Source: Tubiluchus corallicola
Lineage: Eukaryota; Animalia; Priapulida
DNA: 64,000 bases
NCBI GenBank assembly: GCA_030141605.1
Contig: JAQGDQ010000054.1
Coordinates: 248,001-312,000 of the forward strand
Direction: 5' to 3'
Under the pieces are notes generated by a model. The model was not told where the DNA came from and made no database searches. It worked only from the letters and a program-made list of their open reading frames with translations. A program made the position numbers and the translations under genes. Positions 11,531-24,780 of this stretch are shown here, piece by piece; position 1 is the first letter of the stretch; every line of letters starts with the position of its first letter.

Positions 11531-12410
11531 AAGTAAGTAAGTAAGTACGTACGTAAGTAAGTAAAGTTTTTATTGTAAGCATTGCTCATATAACAACAGC
11601 TAGCGTGCAATACAATAATACAACACAATAACAGTTAGTGTAAAATACAATACAAGAAACAAAAAACATTGCGTGAACAAAAATTTAAGTAACATAATTA
11701 CTTATTGCATAAAATTTATAAACAATAGGTTTAACTATTTGCTATGCAATTATGAATAAACCAAACAGTCATTATTTGCATTACCACTGACAGGACCATT
11801 GCTGGAAATTAAAACTCTACTTCTGACAGACTAAGAGGCTTTACATAATAATACGTCAAACTATGGTACACCAAGATTCACAAACATACTTCTGGCAGAG
11901 CGATCATATGGTTGGTATTTAACGTAAGTATACCCTTGGTAACCCTCTTATGTGACAGTTTCAAATTTCTAAGACTATACATGCAATGCTTATGCCAAAG
12001 TGCTAAGCAGTAGAAAAGGTGCAATGACTGATGAAGACGATTTTTTGACAGCGTAACTACATAACGAAAACTTACGAATTAGATTGTTGCTTCTGATGCA
12101 AAAAAGGCAACGTTGCTGCGCTGTGTCTTTATCGTGACTACCATCTCTGGTTAGTAAATGTCCAAGGTATTTCTCATCATAACGGCACAATTATAACGGT
12201 TAGAAAACGCCATCGTGTTAGTTTTCAAAGAGAGAAATTTTGTTTTCTGCATATTAATAGTAACATCTAATGTATGCATGCAATTCATGTGTTTATCAGT
12301 GAGATGTTGGTAGAGGCGATTAAGCAAATGTCATCGGCATACATCGAGTGATTTGCATAAATATTGCCAGTGAAGTAACCTAGTTGGGTTTTCGTTGGAA
12401 TATTACATAT

Positions 12411-12461
<51 letters not shown>

Positions 12462-12860
12462 CGTATTATACAATTTTGGAGACAAGAACTGCCTTGTCGC
12501 CACCAATAAGAAACAATAAAATTAGCAGATAAACCTTCACCATATATGTTATGCACATATGTTGTCTGGTATACCAAACATTTAATAATCTTACAATAAT
12601 GTATGGACACTGAGTGTTTAGAAACTTTAGAAATAATACAGTAATTCAGCTTTTTCACAACTTTAGACGCGCTTACAACAATATGTGAGCGCAGCTGTTC
12701 TTCGCTAAGTAAAAGTCAATAAGTTCTTTATCTGAGTGAAAATGCACAGCTCAGTGCCACGTTTGGATTTGTAACCAAATTGTTAGGAATTTACCTCAAA
12801 ATTCTTTTAAAGTGATAACAAAAATGTTTCGTATGCATAAGAAAACACCACTGGTTAGGG
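11531..12860 (-). mobile_element. Decayed non-LTR retrotransposon (RTE-X/L2-like), RT and 3' end
   Basis: Minus-strand pieces FGYKSKRGTELCIFT, HSMYADDICLIA, EKYLGHLLT..., CIRSNNLIRKFSLCS; 3' AATAAA followed by a (TTAC)n tail at 11531-11575; internal (TA)n at ~12415-12460. Confidence 0.8.
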
Positions 12861-15800
12861 GTTTTTCTATTTTTCTTCTGTTTTCCTGTCAAGAATAAAA
12901 CAGATGTCGTTTTAATAGCTCTTTTCACGATTTTGAAAGAAGACTTACTTCTTTTGCGTTCACTGGTAGATCAAGTATTAATTACGAACTGCCCACCACA
13001 TATCTATAAGGAATTTTTCAGGAATCAGTGATGCCTGCCGCCCAAGGCCCATATTTTGACATATATACGTATATAGACATTTTGAGATCCATTGCGGTAC
13101 TGTATTTTTTTTAATAAAAAACAATTACGTAGTAAAAATGTGAAATGTTGTCAATCAACTTTTTCTATAATGTCTCAAAAGTTAACTGTATACATATCAC
13201 ACTTGTTTATTTCTACAAAATAATATCTTTGGTGAGTACGGTTGTATCAATGTGTTGGAAAATTAGTGCTCAATTAAATCAATTGCTATCTCAACTAGGT
13301 CAGCCCATGGCTTGCTCCGCTATTTCATTATTGTATTCAGTTAATGTGCATGTGTTCTCATGACTAGCAGTTCACCATATGTTTTTTAACTAACCTGTAG
13401 CCAAATTTCCGCCTACCTGTCAGCCTTTACGTTTATCAGAATTCCGGTGCCCGCATTGTTGGGGTAAAATTTAAAAGTACTAATGTACATTTGGACCAAA
13501 TTAATACCGCAGTTTTAGTTATCATAATTATAGTGTTGTTAACGTAACTTAAAAAACAGACAAGGCAGACAAAATAAGTTCCACAGAAAACAAAATACCC
13601 ATTGAACTTGTCAATGCCTTTCAGTGAGCTCCAAAGAGCGATCCAATACAGAATCTATGTACATACAATAGCCCTGAAAATCCTAAGTAGCCCTGGTAAG
13701 GACATTTTGTAATGTACTCTTGGGAATATGTATGATTTCTATAGCTTGATTGCTGAGTGCTCTCCATGCAGATCAGGTAAAAATTTTACTAAGGACGGAA
13801 ACAATAAACGCAGGTCTTTTATTAAACTGTCGACGCTTTCTGTGACTTCGGTAATTCAAGCTTATTTTACCCCACTTTAGTGGAAATTTATGTGATGCTA
13901 TTAAAGTCCCGCTATTTACTTCGTAAGTGCGTACTGTGCCAGTCCACAGTCCACCTTCGTAAAAATGCAAATCTAAGAATCACGTTTGCAAAAAATTATG
14001 GCGGAATTTCCGTCAAATGTTCTAACAAAGGCCTACATATCTGATGAATATAAAGTCGTCTGAATAAAATTCATGTGATGAACGATAATTACAATCGCTC
14101 TCTGTAAATACGCCCTAATGTCGAGTGTAATTTGTGAGCTTGTATTAAATTACACTGTAGAAAGAGCTTTCAAGACTCATTTCATTTCATTTAACAAAAT
14201 ATCCTGTTTCAAATTTCAGTTTCGTAAAGTCCATGGAAAATTAAATCAACAACTGATGCGCGCACTTGTTCGTTATTATCTGTCGATTATAAAAAACATA
14301 ATTTTACTGATTTTGTCAAAAACCTGCAAAATCATATTTCTATCTCCTTAAAAATCCATGACACTGATATGGTTATATTATAATCATTTGCGGAAATGTT
14401 GGGTTTTCATTTTAAATGAAAAGAAGTAACAAGACTGGTGTTATAGCATAGCGCGTGACTGGAGTAAATGAATCACGTTGCTGTGCGTGGGTGTTAATTA
14501 ATGATTGTAAGCGACGTTTAAAGCCAAATATTTAAAGGCTTTGTGTTAATAGTAATACATGTGTTTAAAATTTCACAAATGTAGTTGCTTTTGCTCAGTT
14601 GACATTTATCGTCTATCTATTAGCCGCAGCGAGGGCGGCGCCAACAGCAGCAGTAGGAGCAACAGTTGAACCAGTATATGTACACCAATAGCAGCAAAGT
14701 AGCAGCAGCAGCAGCAGTATATCTGTTATTAATACTAATGTGACCTCTTATAAGACTTATAGTGTGTGGAACGTTAATAAAATCTGTTATATTTATGTAA
14801 TTAAATAGATGTATTCTGTAGCTATATTCGGTTATTTCCCTTGCGGGTGCTTATTCAGTAATTTCATGATATATTACTATAACTATATAAATTAAAGTCA
14901 CGCGACGCACATTTTGCAAGATTTCTTTGAAAGTTCTGGCAGAAATGGGGAAATTACATTGAAGTTATTGCCTGGTTTATGTGGCTCCATTACACAACAG
15001 TCATTGAAATTATTTGAACAAAATTCGATATAATATTTAGGTGACGTGAAGTATAAAGGCGGGCTAGTAAGCCATTAATGATATTTGGAAAAACACCACT
15101 ATTGATCTTTAATTGACGTGGACTTTTAGCAGCATTCGTTTCCCATTTTCACTTTGGTTGCTTTGATCAATACTAGAATATCTATAAACAGGTAACAGCT
15201 TGTATACGAGAATACTTTGGTCATAATTAAGTGATGCATTACCAGACAACAGAGCAGAGATTTTTTGACAAGGAATTCAAGGAATTGACGTTCAATGATA
15301 CGACATTAGATACATTGAAATTATTAAAATTATTAAGACTAAATTGTAACCTTTTCATGATATCGTTTTTTCGATTTTAATTAGTCACACGATAGTACTT
15401 TTTGCGTTTGTCCTATTTATGCTTCTTACAATTTCTTCTTACTGTAAGCGACGTCCATTATCAACAACTATGTATTAACGTGAAAAGCAATACTTCACTC
15501 ATTTTCTCTTAATGGACCGATGTTGTAGAAACCAAACACCTGTTCTTGCAAGGTCAGATGCATGAGCTAATAATCCACGACACAATTACGTCTTTTGAAG
15601 TCAGTCATAATGTATTTAATTTATGCCATACTGCAAATCAACTGCTTTTTCCTATATCAAGCAGGCAAACATACAGCACTTAGTGGATGCAGTTCTTTTC
15701 GCTAGTAGCCTTTAGTTTGCATTCAATCAATGATTTATTGTTTTTAATGTGAAAGCCTAAACTCGTCATACTGGTGTTTTTACTTTCATATGATGTCTTA

Positions 15801-16820
15801 CATAATACTGTATTATGCTAATTAATTGTTCTTGTACTATTTTACTTGAGAGTACGCACTTTTGAATCTGTTAGCTTCGACTATTATACCGTTTATAATT
15901 TACAAATAAAATAATAAAGAAATACGTTTTTGAAATTAAAACGATGACATACGATTTACATGTTATTAAACATTTTTTTATTATTTCCCCCTTGCAAGCC
16001 TCATATCAATGGCCAAAAATTGCACTCTCCTGTTCTTATTATCAATATAATGCTTGAACTCCCCTGACGTTCTTATAATACAGAGCTCGCCAAACTTAAT
16101 GAAATTCATACCAGGTACCAAAAATACCATTCACGACTATCGGGTGAAATATCGTGCGGACAGAGTAACAATTAACACAAGGCCTCGTTGGCAATTATTG
16201 GAGGAGATAATCTCGCATCTGTGTCACAATCATGCAAGTTTTAGCAATTATCAGTGATGTATGTAATGGCTTCACTTTAAATTTTGGCAAAAAATGTCAC
16301 ACAAGGCAAAGATATGCAACGTTTTCCTGTTGAGGTTCATAGCTAGGACGTTCTTGCCACTAAAAGTAAGCCAGTTGATGTTCTGCGGAATAAATCAATG
16401 TATTGATACTGTCGTAGTGAAGTTGTACAAGAGTCACTGACACGCGAAGCTTAATTTTGTATGAGAAGCTGCATACAAAGAGGTGTCTGCTTGTTAAAAG
16501 TAATAAAAATTAATTACTGTGGTTGTACGAAAATCTCTGTAATGGCATGTCCAGAAAAAGTCCAGCGTGAGATAAGCTTTGGAACAACTATTGGAACTAA
16601 AAAGGAACAATGGCGGCGAACTCTTTAACTTAATTTACTCTTTTATTTTGTTTAATTTAGTTTATTGAACAAATTTGCAAGATACACAGTGCAACACACA
16701 TTGATTGTACAATAGTATAGATTTAAATGAACTGAAAAAGGAAGGATATAAATAAATCAAACTCTACTCCATCTATGTAGGCCGAGCCAGAGCCGAGAAA
16801 GGCAAAAAGGTAAAGAGCAA

Positions 16821-17075
<255 letters not shown>

Positions 17076-19599
17076 TAATTATGGATGGGTAACACTTTGA
17101 GAACTTTCTTGATTGCCTAGGCTACTATCACTCACTACTGCAAGCTTATATATCGCTCTGTGCAAGTTAATACTGCGTTTTTTAGCAAAAGTAAAATACT
17201 ATAACGAAGATATGTTTTACTCGTCATCACACTGAAATCATACTGTGTTCAAATATGCTCTATTTTAAGTTCGTCCTTATTCTATTCACATTCGTAATAG
17301 TCTATTCCAGACTGAAGGTTGTAAATACCCCTTATGCGTATTTCTCGGATTCGGTGATATCAGTGTGGTTTGCCATACAAGGCAAGTTAATACCTGCTCC
17401 ATTCATTCCAGGTTCTAACGTTCAACGTTTTTGCTCACTATATTGTTGAGAGAATTGGTGGCCTCTCAAGAGTAATGTATTCTTCGTGTTTCTTTTTGCT
17501 TGTTGTGAACATGTTTGTTCAACCGATTTTTAGGCACGGTTTGCTAAGCATCTCTACTTCAACAGGTTTTCATAGATCTAAGTTAGGTTCAGACACTTTT
17601 TAGCTCTGTTCCGGGATTGCTTTTGCTTGGCTTGATCGGATTTGCTCCCAGTGTCGCTCTTTATTAGCTGGCCAATGTCTACCTTTGCCAAACTTGATTT
17701 GTCTTTTTCTGTAATGCGTCGAGGAACCTGTTGTTGTTTGGCCTCAATCCTGAGAGAGATATGTAGGTTCCCTGGCAGAAAAACCTAATGGCAGTACAGT
17801 ACGTTCAGTTTTCAAAAATGCTGTTGAAAATGCTACAAGAAGATGAAAATTCAGAATGGTGATCAGAAAAAGAAAGTTGCAATTGCAAGGTTGGCAACTA
17901 CGCGCCCCGGAAATCAACAGCCACTTTATTTTGCTATGGTATAGATTTGTTTAAGAAATGTGAGTGAGTGACGTATGCTATAGTTTCTGTTGCCGTACCA
18001 CCGATTCTCAATAATCTGTGGATATCTGTTCAGAGTTACTCTAATAATATCTTTCATTATTGTCGGGAAATTGAGTGCGTTTACTCTCGGGAAAACTGTA
18101 ATGTAAACTAACTTGAGGTTACTAGGAATTGCAACAGAATATTTCGGGAGCTGACAGAGAACCGCATTTATGAATTTCCATTAGCTGCACCTTGACGTGT
18201 TATTATTATAGCGTCATGTAGGTAATTTTTATAGCTCGAATAAGCTTATGAATAATATATTTGGTAAGGCGGCTACAGCAGTTTTTTCCTAGCTACACAA
18301 ATTATTGCGAAGATAAAGCTGAAGCTAGCTGACGAGAAATACGTCTCGAATTTTGGCCTTATTACACTGCTACTAGACAGGAGTCACGTATATGAAGTAA
18401 CACCAAATGGTGTTCTTCACAGAGTGTCTTAAAAGAGCTTTTGGTCATCCATGTAAGGTCAAATTTTGTTAGCATATCCAATATGTCGAATAAAGTAGGC
18501 ACAATGACCTACTCGAAGCACAAACTACACTAATTTCAAGAAGCACTATCTATTAGGCCTATATCATCTTAACTCAACAATCCGACATTGTAATCCCAAG
18601 CAGACTGCGTTTGGCTATGAAGGCAGTTTTTTGAAAAATAAAAATTGTCAGTGATGGCAGCATTTTATGGTCAGGTTTATCGAGTTTCTGTAACAGCTCT
18701 TACTTTGTTCCTGGTAACTTCATCACTATTCTAACAGGTTTTACACTCGCCAAAACCTGTTCGCTATAATAGTGATATTACTCTTTATAGCACTTGCCAC
18801 AATATCCCACTGGATTTCTCTTGATTAGAGCGGCTCACTTTCTTGAAGGGGACCGTGAATTGGCTTTGAAGTAGTGCCGAGATTAGCTTGTTAGTATTAA
18901 TGCGAAGCAAAATTAATATCCTTTCCTCGCTATCTTAATACTAGACTGCTTAATTAACACACTTGAATGTGTTTCATTTCTTTCTGATCAGTTTTATGTT
19001 CGTTTGCCAGGACTTCATTTGTGTTCCGGTCTAAAATAAGGTAAAACATGTTACAGGAAACATAAAAAACGCACTCGAAAATATCTGCATGTTGGTTCGC
19101 TGCTCTATTTCAAAAAGGTGTTGTCAATCTAAACACTCTGATCAGGGATATGACTCTGCAATATGTTCATCGAAGATATTTTGCTACCTAGACTCACTTT
19201 TACCGCTATCTTTTATGGAAGATGCTCTTGGGAACTCTCATTTCTAAAAGCCGACGTATTGTTTGGAGTACACGTCTTGCTGTCGTTTCTCATATTTTAT
19301 CCTGGACATTCTTAGATGCAGAACAGTTGCATATAAATTAAATTTTCCCTGTTCTTGTCGTGGGGCGATTTGTCTACAAAATTAATATAAATGTCTTTCG
19401 AAACAGGCCCTCTTAATCACAGCTATGTTCTGTTATGTGCCAGTCCTCGTATTTACGGATATAATTTTTGACTACAATTGCGGTGTAAAACAATCGCCGA
19501 GCTCTAGCTTACTTTTCTGTTTGTATGTGGACCCACTAGACAGATCTAAAATCTCTTGGAAATTGGATGAAAATGAAGTCAGTTGTTTCCAAAAAACGT

Positions 19600-20570
19600 A
19601 TTCGACAGCGGTTTTATAGCTGGTGTGTTTGACAGCTCAGAGCCCTGGAACAATAATCTGCAAAGTATTATGCTCAACACAACGTATATGGAACCTCCTT
19701 GAGTCATTGTTGTCAGTCAGACGTTTAATGATCTTGAAATTATATTCGTCTTTCACCAAGCGGATGAAGTATAGACAAATGAAAATGTGGCGAATAAGAC
19801 TAGCCAGTCCAAAAAATCATCAACCGTTACTTAAAGCATATGAGATAGCAAGGCTCTGCAACAGTGAATTGTATATAAGTGTTTGAATGGACTGCCTAGA
19901 ATCAGTGTAAGTGAGTAGTATGAGCAACAAGAATCTCTGTTGGCAAATACTGTAAGAAACAGTAACTCAACGAAACGAGATATATATAAAGAGTTCAATT
20001 CATTCTTAACAGCACCCGTTATTCCGGATTCAACACCTGAGATGTACCGCATTGCCTATAGGCGATTGAGACTCCAGGCGCACTCAATGAAAGTTGAAAC
20101 TGATAGATAGCGTAACGTAGATAGAAGACAGAGATTCTGTAATTGTGAAGAAATCCCAACTGAAAAGCACATTTTGATTATCTGTCATTTAACAGCTGAA
20201 AGTAGAAGAAGATTCAGCAATATAGATTTTACATCCTTAACGCAAATTATGAATTCCAATTTGGTATTTGATATTTCTTTTAATATTTTAAAAGCTTATG
20301 AACAAGAAAACACACTAATTTTTGCAAATACAATAATGAAGTGTTACAATTCTGTAAACATGTGTAAGCTCATTTACATTCTCTCTGTCTACATTGCTGA
20401 ATCATCCTCTAATTTCAGGTTAGTCATTATCATATCTGCATATCTTTTTCGCACTGACACGGAATGAAAATCAGTTATTGTGAATTTTTTAACCTTTGTA
20501 TAATGTTGCTGTTTTCTGAAAAGGAAAAAATTTTGGACTATGAAATGTTTCAATACTGCTATCCCTGTCA
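19600..20570 (+). mobile_element. Possible highly decayed hAT (Tip100/ZMYM-like) transposase remnant
   Basis: CKLIYILSVYIAE...NFRLVIIISAYL loosely resembles the hAT C-terminal L.L.LTLPVT.A..ERSFS.L..IK.YL motif. Weak, and boundaries are guessed. Confidence 0.25.
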
Positions 20571-22269
20571 AATATTGTAAATATTAATTGTGTAAGAAAA
20601 GATTGCTGTAAGACGCTGATGTGATATCATGAAAATGAGCACTCCGTCACACTAACGTCATAGACGAACACTGCAGTTTATGATCATGCTTTTCACGGTA
20701 CCACGCCTATTTGTCGGTCATGCGAATGTGACAAGAAGGCGTCTCTGTAATGGTCCAGTCTGCTAATGTAGGGAATCGCTAGCCTAACAACCGTGCACAT
20801 AATTTGTTTACATTCGTAAGCTAGGCTGATGATGAAGAGATAAAATTTACTTTTTCTTTGCCTCTTTTGATTTAATTTAATGTTTTACTAATTGACATTT
20901 TGATCTTATAAATTACTACCCCTGTTAGCTTGGTCGCTTGGGTAGGTACACGAGTATTGTAGATCTTCGAGTTAAAGTTAAATCGTTGAAGCCCGACGTT
21001 CACGTGAGCAGTGTGACCTGAATTTCTTACTTGCCGATTCTATGCCGCATAGTAGTAGAAAGTGGTTTCCTGTGTGGAACGGAGGTATTTCTGCACGTTA
21101 AGTACCTTCCGTCTTGTATCATGTCAAGACATGTGATGTGGTCCCCGAGTTCTATTGCAAGTTTCACGCACCCGAGGTAATGGTGCCACAATTCCGTTAT
21201 TAATGTTGTAAATCGTAACTGCGAATTGCCATTTGTTGGGTTAACACGATAGCGATGATAGACTGTAAAGTGGTCAGATTCACTTGAAGATTTCACACGT
21301 AAATGTTAAATGTTTACCATGTTGAGAACCTTGTCTGTGCGACACTGTCATGCAAAAATCTGTAAGCTGTGACTAGGTTAGATCGCCAATATTCTGGGAA
21401 ACGGGTTTTCCTTGTTTTGTATACTGATGCTCATTGTCATTTTTTTGAGTATTTGGAATCCTATTAAATTTGTTGTTACACGTCATTAAATAGTATATTA
21501 CTTGTTCATTGAGAGTCGGATAAAATATCGTTAACCAATGAAAAGAAAACAACCCACGTATTATTTAGGAAAATTACGATCAAAATGTTTATTCCCATGA
21601 ACGTTTTAAGAACATGTCATAAAATTAGCATAAATGATTAGCATACACCTTTCGGCACACGCTACGTCAAAAGGTGGTATTCAGGTACCTGTGATCCTCC
21701 TAACCCGAACCATCACAGGCGCCATTGCCAGTCTTAGTGGATTCGCTGAGCCGCGCGTAGCTTTGAATGTTTAACAAAATTTAACTATCCGAAGTATTTA
21801 TTATTTAATCTAAGTTTTGATTTAAAAAAGCTGTTGTAGTTTTCAATATTTTAGAGCACATTTTATTTTGAGCTAATATTTACTCAATCGTCGGGTTTTT
21901 CTATACTGTGTTCCTATAATCGTGGATACTATACTGACGCTATGCATTAGGAATGTAGGTAAAAACGACACAGGTAAAAGTGACACGGAAAACATAGTAT
22001 AGTAAAAATGGCTCAGAAAAAATGGCACATATATTATTTCGATGTAAATAATTTCCAGAATACGTTTAGTGGGAAGCAGATCTCCACTAAGGCCGAACAA
22101 TCCTAAACTTGTTCGTCTGGTTCTTTGATTAAAAAAACATAAAACAAAGACAAACAAGCAAACACACAAAAACGTGTGTGTATAAGTATTATATAGACTG
22201 GCAAATATTTTATTCATTAAATAGAAGTATAATTATTAATGCACGAATATTCCACTTAGTGTTTATCTA

Positions 22270-22424
22270 CATTTCTTTTTTAAATATTTGACAATGTAGA
22301 CTTTTGTGGAATCTGTTAAATAGTTTTTGCGTAATAGGCTTACTACTATAGTGCTAAAACAGACAAAAACAGACAACCAAACAAATAAACAGAGTTGAAG
22401 CGTAACTTCCTTAGCAGAGGTAAA
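22270..22424 (-). mobile_element. CryptonV-like non-autonomous repeat end
   Basis: Minus strand tttacctctgctaaggaagttacg...tctgtttatttgtttggttgtctgt resembles the ATTACCTCCGCCAAGGAGGTTATG...GTTTGTTTGTCTGT terminus common in aquatic animals (recalled, not searched). Confidence 0.4.
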
Positions 22425-23819
22425 CATAGCTAAAATTATTATCTTCCAAAGTAATGCTAACTCTAAACTCACATTTTATAAATGTGCCATTTTTTCCTGT
22501 TTTGCCTCTTGTGCTATTTTTATCTATGCCATTTTTACCTGTGTCATTTTAGCATGCTCCAGGCAATGCACATTAGATCAATAATAATCAAGGTTCTAAT
22601 TATCACTCTTTCTTAGTTTCTAGGTATCACAGCTTCCCACTAATGACTTTCGTTCCTCGATGTCTTTCATGGTTAATCACTCCCATTTAGACCAAGGGTT
22701 TCTTAGCCTAGAGCGTAGTATGTTCATTGCATTCCAATTAGTTTCTAAGAAGGAACATAGCAATTGATTTCGCTTCATCCACCACACACCTAGTAACCAA
22801 ACAGCTGAGCTTATGACATCCCTGGATGCATTTTGTCGAATTTATCTTACCTTATACATCAGAACTTTGGTGTATGTTAGAGAAAAGGCTCGGGTCTGAC
22901 ACTGCGCAGAAAGAATGAGGAGAGGCTGGGTCTATGCTGTACTTTGTTTTTAAAATAACGGATTATATCTATTAACTGACGTATTTTACATTAGCTCGTT
23001 CTCATAATATCGAGTAGAGCGAAAGTTGCAGTTGTGTACCATTTTATGTATCATCGAGGACATGTAATAGTTACTTTAAAACTCTCAATCCTCTGTAAGA
23101 ACTGTGGAGGAATTCAGTCAGACAGAGACGGAAGAGGAACTCCAAGCTGGGAAGGAATGTATGCTGAAAGGAGGACTCTGTAGCATAGAATGTACATATA
23201 ACAAATGAACTATCAATATACTACTTGACTTTATACTCAAATGAAAGCTTTATTATCCTCTTCGTTCTATATTGGGAATCAGTGGAGCGATTTTGACCTC
23301 CCGCAAGAAAATATTTTGGTATTAAATCAAATACAAGTATATGTCCTAGGAAATAAGAATTTTCTTTTCTAATTTGGTTACAATTAGAAACTAACTTTGT
23401 TTCACAAGTCATTATATTGTAAAAGCATAATAGTAAAAATACTATTACGGTAACAAGGGAAAAAGGGGTAGGAATTGAGAAACCATGGATCGAAAATGAT
23501 TACGAGCTTGGACTACTCTTGGAATCACTGATCTAGCGGGTATTATGGTTAAGAATGAGGTATGGTTAAAACGAACTCGGGTATTTTTCCGTAGTGATGG
23601 CATTGTGTCTCTTGCGTTGACACATCCTCAACTGTTGAGAAGAACTCGTTTCACAGTTGTCTGTAGTCTGTGTAGTAGGTTTCAAACTCTGTGACAAAGT
23701 TATAAAAACACGCTGCTAGACTTATTTAAGACTAATATCTTAAGTTTTTGACATAAACCGATTAGCCTAATTTGTTTAATAAACAGCAGTACAAATGTAT
23801 TTAAACTAATAGATTCAGA

Positions 23820-24780
23820 TCCAGGTTTTATTTATTATAGTTCACAATGACAAACGGGTTTGTTGCATCAACGTTAGCCAGAAAAAGTCAAGTTTCATCA
23901 TCAAATTACTTTACTAATTACATTAAGATTTTCATTTCAACAATAAAGGCTAGACAACAAACATATATACAAGCTAGAATTAAATAACTTGAAAAAAGAG
24001 TTTACAGTAAAGTGTATGGTGAGTAAAACAGACTGGTAAAGTTACTTCATTCGATCAATAAGGCCCATTTTACAGAATAAAAAATTCTGAATTCTAATTC
24101 AGAATAAAAAGCAGCAAATTTGCTAGTCACAAAAACTTTTAAAGACCATTCCAAACATAAAACAGTTTAGTCTAACAGTCTGAATGTCGGATTGAACAAC
24201 ATTATTAACAAACTATTGCTTACATTCAAAATCCTGAGTCACATGCTATAGCAATTAGTTTTCCTGTAAATGCACAAAAACTGAGGTGTAGTAAGATTAA
24301 GGTGCATTCGTAAACCACTACAGCTATATTCAAGATTAAATAAATTGAACATACCATTAGTACAAATTAAACATAACCTCTGATATTAAAAGTATATCAC
24401 TTTTGACTCCCAGCGTGAAATACAAATGAGATTATATATTTTCGCCATGATATATGGGAAATAACTGGCACGTAGGTCAAAAAAGGTTGGCATTTGTTAA
24501 TTAACTGAATTAACTGGTCAACTAATAATACATTTTTTATTTTATTTATTTCGCACAAGATGCAGCTCTTTTTATTTATTTCGTACAAACAGCATTAGAG
24601 AATAAATGTAGCAACATAAATACAGGTCTACCTGCACTGCTTCACACAGTTTTTAAAAGCTTGAATTACAGATCTTTTTCACATTGAAACTAAAACTTGG
24701 TTTACAAACGTATTTTAGTCTCCGCTTAACATCACTGTCATGCATAAAGTATAAAAATTTTGGGGCATACACATTTTTAT
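23820..24780 (-). mobile_element. Very decayed L2/CR1-like LINE 3' fragment
   Basis: Ordered relics on the minus strand: LYFMHDS (FADD-like position), ISHISWRKYI, LEYSC, VWNGL, then an AATAAA-rich end. Confidence 0.35.
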
